From an uncultured Lentisphaerota bacterium (lineage in GTDB: Bacteria > Verrucomicrobiota > Lentisphaeria > Oligosphaerales > CAITYL01): a DNA stretch of 64,000 nucleotides. Location: positions 29,040-93,039 of the forward strand of contig CAIXRA010000076.1 in the NCBI GenBank assembly GCA_903921725.1, given 5' to 3'. A program made the translations under genes and the position numbers. The notes under the pieces are model-generated. The model was given only the letters and a program-made list of their open reading frames with translations. It searched no databases and was not told the DNA's origin. This document shows, piece after piece, positions 1 through 7,767 of the stretch (the first letter of the stretch is position 1; every line of letters begins with the position of its first letter).

Positions 1-1019
1 AACTGGATCTCTTCCACCCCCAAATACATATGGTATGCGGAGTAGTGGCGCTGCGTGCCGACAATCTCCACCCAAAAAAACGAGGAAGGTGTTTTCATGT
101 TCAGCGTGACTTCCACCCAGCCGAAACCGCGGTTCGGGGATGGCTTGTTTTGGCCAATCAGCTCGCCTTGCTTCGCCTTGGTTCCGTCGTAGACGTTGAC
201 GGCGGTCGCCATGGACTGGGAAACGAAGATGCGAAAGGTTTTCATTTTCACGGCATCTGGGAAACTGAAACAGATTTTCGTGGGATCGTCGCAGAGTGAA
301 ATCCTATACCCGGCCATGCCTTTCCTGCCCTTGTCCCACAGTCCGTCGGTCAGCTTATCGCACGCATTGTCACCAGTCGCGCGCCCCTTATAGAAATAGT
401 TGACCGCCTTCCGCTGTTCGTCCCAATTGAAGAGCTTCTTCTCGGCCGGTTTTTCCTTGGAGTCGTCCGCCCCTTTCGCCCCGGCATTCGCGCCGCCGCC
501 CACGGCTGCGGCAGGCGGCGGGGGCGTTGGCGGCGGCGGATTGGAAAAGGGCTTGAATTCACCCTCGGCGAGGCCTTTCAGCAGACCGTCAAGGGAAACT
601 TCGGTTCCGCGGTTTTTCGCCTTCGCCAGCGCCACAAGCGCCTTCTCGTTTTCCGGCTGCACCAGCAGGGCAACGCGGCAGAACAGGACGCGCATGGGAA
701 AAGAATAGGCGCCGTCCTGCGCCGCCTTCAGCAGGATGGCTGCGTACTGGGCGCCGCCATCCGCCAGGGCGACATTGTCCAGCGGCAGACTCTCCTCCAG
801 TTTCGCCTGGAGGATCAGTGCCTTCTTGTTGTCTGGCGAAAGGGCCAGAGCGAACTTCAGGAGGCCTTCGCCTTCCGCACTCATGCGGGACTCCTTCAGC
901 TTCGCCGTCGCCACAACGACGGCACCCTCGGCGAGGTCGTCCAGCGCGCCGGCCACAACGCATTCCACCCCTCCCATGAAGACGAGTACACCCAACAGGA
1001 AACTGCATCTGCTCGACAT
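1..1019 (-). CDS. Secreted hypothetical protein (partial, runs off left edge): N-terminal helical repeat, Pro-rich linker, possible discoidin/CBM-like C-terminal domain
   Basis: Absent from the ORF track (no stop in window). Hand translation from ATG 1019 with AGGAGG upstream gives MSSRCSFLLGVLVFMGGVECVVAG (signal-like), ALALSPDNKKALILQAK / ALLVQPENEKALVALAK, PPPPTPPPPAAA, KLTDGLWD; open to base 1. Confidence 0.75.
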   Translation of the reverse strand, partial: MSSRCSFLLGVLVFMGGVECVVAGALDDLAEGAVVVATAKLKESRMSAEGEGLLKFALALSPDNKKALILQAKLEESLPLDNVALADGGAQYAAILLKAAQDGAYSFPMRVLFCRVALLVQPENEKALVALAKAKNRGTEVSLDGLLKGLAEGEFKPFSNPPPPTPPPPAAAVGGGANAGAKGADDSKEKPAEKKLFNWDEQRKAVNYFYKGRATGDNACDKLTDGLWDKGRKGMAGYRISLCDDPTKICFSFPDAVKMKTFRIFVSQSMATAVNVYDGTKAKQGELIGQNKPSPNRGFGWVEVTLNMKTPSSFFWVEIVGTQRHYSAYHMYLGVEEIQ

Positions 1020-1456
1020 CCGGCGGACCTCCTGTTTACCGTGGAAATACAATCATCAAGCATATCCGGCGCGTCCCCAATAGCAAGCCGCCAGTACAAT
1101 CCTTGCACGATGCATTCGGAACTCCCGGCCTTGATCGTTACGGATTCCACGGGGACCTGAAAAATCCCCACGGTGGCCGCACCTGTGCCGCCATACACAT
1201 TGGGCGGAAGCGTGCCGGCCCATGCGGAGTCCGCAAGGAGAATGTCGCCATGAATGATATAGTACCACCACCCTACCCGCGATGGTGCAGCACAGAATCG
1301 ACAGCGGGACACGGGAATCACGCCGGAAAATTGAAAGATCCAATGCCCTATCCTCGAAACAACGACTCCCTTAAAACGGCACCGGCACAGAAAGAGTGTC
1401 ACGCATTCCCGGCCTGCGGGGATTCGGAACGGCGCGACTCAAGCGCACAGGCCAAA

Positions 1457-2098
1457 ATGGATGAAACATACAAAACAGCCTTTTACGAGGCAATGGCACG
1501 CTCTCTTTCCGTGTTCGATCCAATGTTTACGCCAACATTTTTGCTGGACAACAAAACCAAGTATGACGTTGATTATATCAAGAAAATCATATCCGATGAT
1601 TTTTTGGACGGTGTGGAAAAAAACCCGTGCGCATTAACCGGACGATGCTTTATGCTGGCCAGGGAAGCGTCCTATGTTCTCCATGAAAACGGAATCCGGC
1701 ACTACTTGACCATAGGAAATGTTCTTGTGGACGGCAAGCCATATTACAAGACAACCATTGACAGCCTTATGGCGGATGTTAAAAACGGCTATACATGCGA
1801 TGAAATTGTGAATGCTCATGTCTGGCTGACTTTAGATTCCGGCCAAGTGTTAGATCTGACCATGCTCTCATCAATCGGCCATAAAAACGACAAGCATAAA
1901 TCCAGTATTTATGATGCCGTTTACGTGTCAAGCGATTGCAAGGACGACGCATTGGTGCACGTCCCCATGCTTGCCGGATTCGGCTATAATTTGAAAGTGG
2001 TGACGCACCCCGACTTAAACAGCAGCTGGTTTGACGCATATTCCGAATGGTGGCTTGACTATCTCCATAATTTCCATTACCAAAAAGCCGCACAATAA
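1457..2098 (+). CDS. Hypothetical protein, putative papain/transglutaminase-like fold (Cys-His-Asp), low GC
   Basis: C-terminal part of ORF 1103..2098; motifs GRCF, LTIGNV, NAHVWLTLDSGQVLDLT; visibly AT-richer than the flanks; start chosen at ATG 1457. Confidence 0.65.
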   Translation: MDETYKTAFYEAMARSLSVFDPMFTPTFLLDNKTKYDVDYIKKIISDDFLDGVEKNPCALTGRCFMLAREASYVLHENGIRHYLTIGNVLVDGKPYYKTTIDSLMADVKNGYTCDEIVNAHVWLTLDSGQVLDLTMLSSIGHKNDKHKSSIYDAVYVSSDCKDDALVHVPMLAGFGYNLKVVTHPDLNSSWFDAYSEWWLDYLHNFHYQKAAQ

Positions 2099-2111
2099 CC
2101 GCACTCATCCC

Positions 2112-2154
2112 AAAGACCACCCCCGGCCGCAGCGCCTGGGATGGTCTTTTTTTT
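2112..2154 (+). terminator. Intrinsic terminator between convergent genes (possibly bidirectional)
   Basis: AAAGACCACCCC...GGGATGGTCTTT stem followed by a T run, just after stop 2098 and before the miaA stop at 2177. Confidence 0.65.
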
Positions 2155-2176
2155 GTGCTGTCCCGCGCCGACCCTC

Positions 2177-3226
2177 TCACCGGTCGTGCTTGGGGCCGTA
2201 TAAAATGTCCTTGATCTGGAGGAGTGGCGGGGGCAGCGGTTCTCCGCGCAGGAATCGCTCCAGCAGCAAATCCGCAAGCGCGGGGTCGCCGCCGGGCAGC
2301 CAATGGATGACCTTCCCCTCGCGCTCGAACTTGCGCAGCCAGATCTCCTGGGCGCGGCAGAAGTTGCGGATCTTGACGAGGAGCCTGAAGCGCATTTCGT
2401 CGAGGCTCATCTTTCCCTGCAGGTAAAGCGCCGCGTGGCGGTATTCGAGGCCGAAGAATTCGAGGCGCTCCCACGGCACGCCGGCGGCGTGGAGCCCGGC
2501 GACCTCCGCGACCATGCCGGCGGCCAGGCGGGCGTCGAGGCGCTGTTCGATGCGGCGGTGGAGCTCGGGGCGCGGGAAGTATGGGGCCAGCAGGATCGGC
2601 AGCAGGGGCAGCGGCGCGGGGGCATCCGTGTCGGTCCGTGATGGTTCGTGTTCGTCCGTAAAGCCGGCCGCCGTGGCCCGGACCCGGGCAATCTCGAGGG
2701 CGCGGAGCAGACGGCGGCGGTTGGCGCGGTCGGTGCGGGCGTAAAGGTCGGGGGCTTCCGCCTTGAGTGCGGCGTCGAGTTCCGCGTCGGCGAGCCGTTC
2801 CAGCACGGCGCGGACGGCGGGATCCGGCGGCGTGCCGGGGAGGTCGTAGCCGTCGAGCAGCGCCTTGAGATAGAGTGCGGTGCCGCCGACGGCGACGGGA
2901 AGACGTCCTCGTGTACGGACGTCGAGGACGGCGGCGTGGGCGAGGCGCAGGACGCGGAAGAGGTCCATCTCCTCATTCGGCCCTGCGATGTCGATCAGGT
3001 GGTGGCGGACGGCCGTCCGGCCGTCCGGCGTGGCGGCGTATTCGCCGAGGTCCTTGCCGCTGCCGAGGTCGAGCCCGCGGTAGAGCTGGCGCGAGTCGAG
3101 GCCGATGATTTCGCCATTGAACCGGCGCGCCAGATGCACACCGAGCTGCGTCTTGCCGCTGGCGGTGGGGCCGACGACGGCGATGAACGGGATGGGCGCG
3201 GTGGTTGTGTCAGCGGTGTCCGTCAT
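2177..3226 (-). CDS. miaA: tRNA dimethylallyltransferase
   Basis: GPTASGKT P-loop, DSRQLYRGLDLGSGK, HHLIDI, VGGTALY, RLLRALE; ATG 3226 overlaps the upstream TGA (ATGA). Confidence 0.95.
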   Translation of the reverse strand: MTDTADTTTAPIPFIAVVGPTASGKTQLGVHLARRFNGEIIGLDSRQLYRGLDLGSGKDLGEYAATPDGRTAVRHHLIDIAGPNEEMDLFRVLRLAHAAVLDVRTRGRLPVAVGGTALYLKALLDGYDLPGTPPDPAVRAVLERLADAELDAALKAEAPDLYARTDRANRRRLLRALEIARVRATAAGFTDEHEPSRTDTDAPAPLPLLPILLAPYFPRPELHRRIEQRLDARLAAGMVAEVAGLHAAGVPWERLEFFGLEYRHAALYLQGKMSLDEMRFRLLVKIRNFCRAQEIWLRKFEREGKVIHWLPGGDPALADLLLERFLRGEPLPPPLLQIKDILYGPKHDR

Positions 3227-4113
3227 GAAGCGGCTGCCGTTGTTGCGTTTTCGGGCGGGTTCCGGCGCGGCACCGGCGCGGTGCGGAGGTGCCCGCAGAC
3301 GCCAACAATGATTCCGGAGTGCCGCCATTTTGCGTCGAACTCCGCATGCGTCAGGGTCTTCAATCCCTCCAACGGATCTCCCACGGTGACGGTCGTCCCG
3401 GTGACGTTGAGAACGGTGACGTAGTGGTCCACCAGGAATCCGTACTTGACGGTGGCGATGACCGGCTCCAATCCCCGCAATTCACCCACCGACCGGAAGC
3501 AGCGGTATTCGCAGCGCACGTCATCCGCATAATAACGCTGTCTGATGGCTGCGCAGAGGGAGTCGGCGGGGGTTCCCGCGGCAGACGTGGTGTGCGCGAG
3601 GATTGCCAGTTCGCCCTCTTCGGCCGAGATCCCGAGATGACGCAGCGCCGTCACCGCTGCGGCGGGGCCGCAGTCGTAGTTGTTGTTCTGGAGGCAGACG
3701 CCGTCCACGTCCACAAAGGTTTTCATGTTCCGAAGGTATGAATAGTTCAGCGCTGGCAGCAGAAAAGGCAGGACGGAATAGACCGTGACGGCAAGGACCA
3801 TGAACGCCCACACCAGCCCCCGCTGCCTCCTGTGCGGCAGCTTGGACAGGGGAATCACCAGGACCGAGGTGCAGAGGAAGGCCAGAAGGGCGAACTCCCG
3901 CCGGTCCGCCATGATCCAGCGGAACGGGGCGACAAATTCAAGCCCGTCAAAACAACGGGAGACGGCGATGGCCGTGATGAGCAGCAGCGGGACGAGATAG
4001 GCGGCGATCCACAACGGCCGCCGTGCACGGGCCGCCCGCAACCCCGCCCAGACGCCCGCCACGGCGAGCAACAGGACGCCGATCGTTTCCATGTATGGCT
4101 GAAGCATAGTCAT
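3223..4113 (-). CDS. Membrane-anchored C39-like cysteine peptidase
   Basis: About 4 N-terminal TM segments, then CLQNNNYDCGPAAAVTAL...DHYVTV...GDPLEG (Q/C/H/D pattern of peptidase C39); no ABC domain. Confidence 0.8.
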   Translation of the reverse strand: MTMLQPYMETIGVLLLAVAGVWAGLRAARARRPLWIAAYLVPLLLITAIAVSRCFDGLEFVAPFRWIMADRREFALLAFLCTSVLVIPLSKLPHRRQRGLVWAFMVLAVTVYSVLPFLLPALNYSYLRNMKTFVDVDGVCLQNNNYDCGPAAAVTALRHLGISAEEGELAILAHTTSAAGTPADSLCAAIRQRYYADDVRCEYRCFRSVGELRGLEPVIATVKYGFLVDHYVTVLNVTGTTVTVGDPLEGLKTLTHAEFDAKWRHSGIIVGVCGHLRTAPVPRRNPPENATTAAAS

Positions 4114-4159
4114 GCCCTTCCCTGATTATCCGCCAGCCGGCCGGGGGCTGTTCCACCTA

Positions 4160-5344
4160 TTACTGCACGGCGCCCGACTTGGCGGGGGGTGCGGGGATGA
4201 TGATGGTGCGGGTGGACGGCAGGACGTTTTCCAGCATGAGGGAACCCTCGGGGAGCGCCGGTTTTACCGAGGAATCGAGGGGGACGGACACTGGCGGAGA
4301 CGAAAGCGGAACGGATGCCGGCGGCATGGCGGATGGTGGAAGGATCGGACGGTTTTCGGGCTGGAGCTGCGAGAACATGAAATCGCTGCCCTGCTCGACG
4401 ATGGTCACATCCACCACGCTGGGACTGACCGACTCGACGGCGACGCCGGCGGCGCCGCTGGTCCAGACCTCGACGCGGCAGCGGTAGCGGCCGGGAACGG
4501 TGTAGGAGGAGAGGTCGATGAAGGGGCGGATGGAGGCGGGATCCACGTTTTTGAGGTTTTCCGGCATGCCGCGGACGGCGACCTTGACCAGCGGCATGGG
4601 CTCGACGACGTCCCACTGCAGCAGCGGATTGTTCAGCACGGCGACGGGGAGATCCTGGTAGCTGTGGGTCGCCTGCTTGGCGATTTCGACCTGCACATGG
4701 ACGGTTGCGATGCCGGGGATGACGCGGGGGGAGGCGGAGGATATCCGCTTTTCCACCTCGAACCCGACGGTCAGCGTCTCATCGAGGGGGACGAGATCGG
4801 TGGTCAATTCCTGGACATCCTGGAGCAGAGCGGCGGGCGCGCGCACATCCACCTGTGACGGGATGACGGTGCAGCGGCTGATCTGGTAGCCCTCCGGCAG
4901 CCGGCCGCCGTAGCGCACACGGATCGGCACGCCGCTCTTTGTCTCCATGCGGTCCACGGCTATCTGCTGCAGGGAGGGATCGATGCCAACGACGGTGATG
5001 CCCGTGGGGGTCTCCACGCATTCGGGCGTGACGCGGAGGTCGTAGGCGGACTTCCCGTGCTGGATTTCCGCCTCCTTGATCTCCGCCGTGACCCGCAAAT
5101 CGGAGCCGCGCAGTTTCTGGAGCTGCTGGCGGGAGCCGCGGACGCTGACGTTGACGGTGGCGGTGTCCTTTTCGGCGCAGATGGCGGTGCGGTCGTAGGA
5201 AAGCACGACCGGCACGTCGTGGAAGGTCTCCACGTCGCGCAGCTGCCCCTTGACGTAAAACCAGAGCAGCACGGCGAAGATCAGGGCCACGGCCTTGCGG
5301 AACCAGTCTTCGCGGATGATGGGGGGCAGGAGCGGAGTTCTCAT
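4160..5344 (-). CDS. cdaR: CdaR/YbbR-domain protein
   Basis: N-terminal TM (KAVALIFAVLLWFYV) and three YbbR-like repeats (VNVSVRG, VDVRAP, VKVAVRG..FIDLS); ATGA overlap with cdaA; Pro-rich tail. Confidence 0.85.
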   Translation of the reverse strand: MRTPLLPPIIREDWFRKAVALIFAVLLWFYVKGQLRDVETFHDVPVVLSYDRTAICAEKDTATVNVSVRGSRQQLQKLRGSDLRVTAEIKEAEIQHGKSAYDLRVTPECVETPTGITVVGIDPSLQQIAVDRMETKSGVPIRVRYGGRLPEGYQISRCTVIPSQVDVRAPAALLQDVQELTTDLVPLDETLTVGFEVEKRISSASPRVIPGIATVHVQVEIAKQATHSYQDLPVAVLNNPLLQWDVVEPMPLVKVAVRGMPENLKNVDPASIRPFIDLSSYTVPGRYRCRVEVWTSGAAGVAVESVSPSVVDVTIVEQGSDFMFSQLQPENRPILPPSAMPPASVPLSSPPVSVPLDSSVKPALPEGSLMLENVLPSTRTIIIPAPPAKSGAVQ

Positions 5345-6207
5345 CGCGAGGAATCCTCCTCGTCGGAACGGATGTCGGCGGCGTCCTGGCGCACGGGCCC
5401 CCACCAGCCGAAAAGACCTCCGCCCAGGCCGCGGTTGCGCATGAGGAAATTGCCGAGGTGCCGCTCCAGGCGCTGGCGGTTCACATCCCGCAGCAGGCGT
5501 CCCTTGTGGGCCAGGCTCACGGATCCGGTCTCCTCCGAAACGATGACGGCGACGGCGTCGGTCTCCTCCGTGACGCCGACACCGGCGCGGTGGCGGGTAC
5601 CGAGGCTCTTGGACATGCCGGTGTCCTGGGTGAGCGGGAGGATGCAGCCGGCGGCGACGACGGTGCTGTCCTTGATGATGACGCCGCCGTCGTGCAGCGG
5701 CGTGTTGGGGAAGAAAAAGGTGGTGAGCAGTTCGCGACTGAGGGGTGCGTTGACAAGCGTGCCGGTCTCGGCGAGGGCGCGCAGGCCGATTTTCTGCTGG
5801 ATGACGATCAGGGCGCCAAGCTTGTGCTCGGAAAGGTAGAAGATGGAGTCGAGCAGGATGTCCACCGTGTCATGGAAATCGCGGGCGCGGCCGTTGCGGA
5901 GGTTGACGAGCTGGCTGCCGGTTTCCGCCAGCGCGCGGCGGATTTCCTGCTGGAAGATGATGAGGACGGCGAACGCCAGGAGCGCCCACAGTTTCAGTAG
6001 AAGCCATTCAATCACCTCCAGGTGCAGCGACTGCGAGACCAGCCACATGAGGAAGATGATCGTTGTGATGCCGGCGAGCACGGGCGCCGCCTTGGTGCCG
6101 CGGAGGAAGTAAAGGACCGAGTAGATGAGGACGGCAAGCAGGCCGATCTCCAGCAGGGCCCGCAGGCACACCGCCAGGTGCTCCAGGATGTGGTAGATGG
6201 CTCCCAT
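5341..6207 (-). CDS. cdaA: Diadenylate cyclase CdaA/DacA
   Basis: 3 TMs, IIFQQEIRRAL, GALIVI, TPLHDGGVI, GTRHRAGVG..E.TDA..VIVSEETG (DAC motifs). Confidence 0.95.
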   Translation of the reverse strand: MGAIYHILEHLAVCLRALLEIGLLAVLIYSVLYFLRGTKAAPVLAGITTIIFLMWLVSQSLHLEVIEWLLLKLWALLAFAVLIIFQQEIRRALAETGSQLVNLRNGRARDFHDTVDILLDSIFYLSEHKLGALIVIQQKIGLRALAETGTLVNAPLSRELLTTFFFPNTPLHDGGVIIKDSTVVAAGCILPLTQDTGMSKSLGTRHRAGVGVTEETDAVAVIVSEETGSVSLAHKGRLLRDVNRQRLERHLGNFLMRNRGLGGGLFGWWGPVRQDAADIRSDEEDSSR

Positions 6208-6421
6208 TGCCGTCCTTCTTGTATTCCGGAACGGCCGCCGCGCGCACCCCCGGCAAATTAAAGTCGCCGGAAAACGGAACCGCGGCCGTGCATTTCTAGT
6301 CTGATGGAACATAATACCATCCACGCGGAACGCCACCCGCCGCACGCACGCCGGGAAGCCGGCGGCGGCGGGCTTTCCCGCGGCGTCCGCAACCGCCAAC
6401 CCATATGGGATCTGCACGAAC

Positions 6422-7717
6422 ATGGGCATCCTCCACGACCTTCTCGCCGCCGAAGTCTATCCCGCCCTGGGCTGCACGGAACCGATTGCCTGCGCCTATG
6501 CCGCCGCCCTGGCCGCCGCCGAACTGGGCGCGCCCGTGGAGGGTGTGTCCCTGACGGCGGACCCCGGCACGTTCAAGAACGGGGCGGCCGTCACCGTCCC
6601 GCACAGCGGCGGCGCGCGCGGCAACCTCGTCGCCGCCGTGCTCGGCGCCTTGGCGGCGCGGCCGGAACTGAAGCTGGAAGTGCTGAAGGCCGCCACGCCG
6701 GAGATGCTGGCGCGCGCCGGTGCGCTCCAAGCCGCCGGCGCCTGCCGGTACCGGTGCCTTCCGGACGTCCGCGGGTTCCGCGTGGAGGCGACCGTCTTCG
6801 GCGGCGGACACGAGGCGCGCTGCGTGCTGGCCGGCGGCCACACCAGCATCGTGCTTCTGGAGCGCGACGGAAAGATTCTGCGCCAGGCCGACATCAACGG
6901 CGGCGAAGGGGAAGGCCACGCCTACCGCGCCGCGCTGCGGGAGATGCCGCTCCGCGCCATCCTGGAAGAATCCGTGAAGCTGGACGAGGCAACCCGGCGC
7001 GAGCTGAAGCGCGGCGTGGAAATGAATCTGGCCATGGCGGAGCACGGCGCCGGGGTGCGCGGCGTCGCCTCCCAGCTCCGCCGCATGCACGAATCCGGCC
7101 TCGCCGCCGATGACATCTTCCACCGCACGAAGATCCTGGTCGCCTCCGCCGTGGATGCGCGCATGGCGGGGCTGCCGTATCCGGTCATGACCTCCGGCGG
7201 CTCCGGGAACCAGGGGATTGTCGCGTCGCTGACACCGTGGAGCGTCGGCACCGCCCGCGGCGTCCCGGAGGCGCGCATCCTGGAAAGCATCGCCGCCGCC
7301 CACGCCGTGAACGCCTACGTCAAGAGCTTCACCGGCGAACTCTCCGTGATCTGCGGCTGCGCGATGGCCGCGGGAATCGCCGCCGCCGTCGCCATCGTCT
7401 ACCAGCAGGCGGGGCTCGACATGGCCAAGATCACCTGTGCGGTGGGCAACGTGGCGGGCGACCTCGGCGGCCTGATCTGCGACGGCGCCAAGCCGGGCTG
7501 CGCCGTCAAGTCCGTCACCTCGGTCGACGCCGCCATGCGCGCCGCCTTCATGGCCCTCGACAGCTACGGCGTTTCTGGCGACGACGGCGTTGTCGGCCAC
7601 ACCGTGGAGGAGTCGGTGCGCAATCTCGGCCGGATCAGCCTCGAGGGCATGTTCCCCGTGGACGCGACGCTGCTCGATATCCTGGAGAAAAAATCCGTTG
7701 CCAGCGGCCGCGCGTGA
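6422..7717 (+). CDS. L-cysteine desulfidase-like protein (YhaM/CdsB, serine dehydratase alpha-like)
   Basis: PALGCTEP, KNGAAVTVP, DARMAG..PVMTSGGSGNQG, LSVICGC, GLICDGAKPGCAVK. Confidence 0.9.
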   Translation: MGILHDLLAAEVYPALGCTEPIACAYAAALAAAELGAPVEGVSLTADPGTFKNGAAVTVPHSGGARGNLVAAVLGALAARPELKLEVLKAATPEMLARAGALQAAGACRYRCLPDVRGFRVEATVFGGGHEARCVLAGGHTSIVLLERDGKILRQADINGGEGEGHAYRAALREMPLRAILEESVKLDEATRRELKRGVEMNLAMAEHGAGVRGVASQLRRMHESGLAADDIFHRTKILVASAVDARMAGLPYPVMTSGGSGNQGIVASLTPWSVGTARGVPEARILESIAAAHAVNAYVKSFTGELSVICGCAMAAGIAAAVAIVYQQAGLDMAKITCAVGNVAGDLGGLICDGAKPGCAVKSVTSVDAAMRAAFMALDSYGVSGDDGVVGHTVEESVRNLGRISLEGMFPVDATLLDILEKKSVASGRA

Positions 7718-7767
7718 CGGCCGTGAAACCACCGCATGCCGAATCCATCAGTCACGGGAGGAGCATC

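Noticed and set aside
896-1456. ORFs 896..1402(-), 1056..1343(-) and the 5' extension of 1103..2098
   Set aside because: No recognisable motif, and 896..1402 overlaps the real start at 1019; more likely divergent promoter DNA or a decayed fragment.
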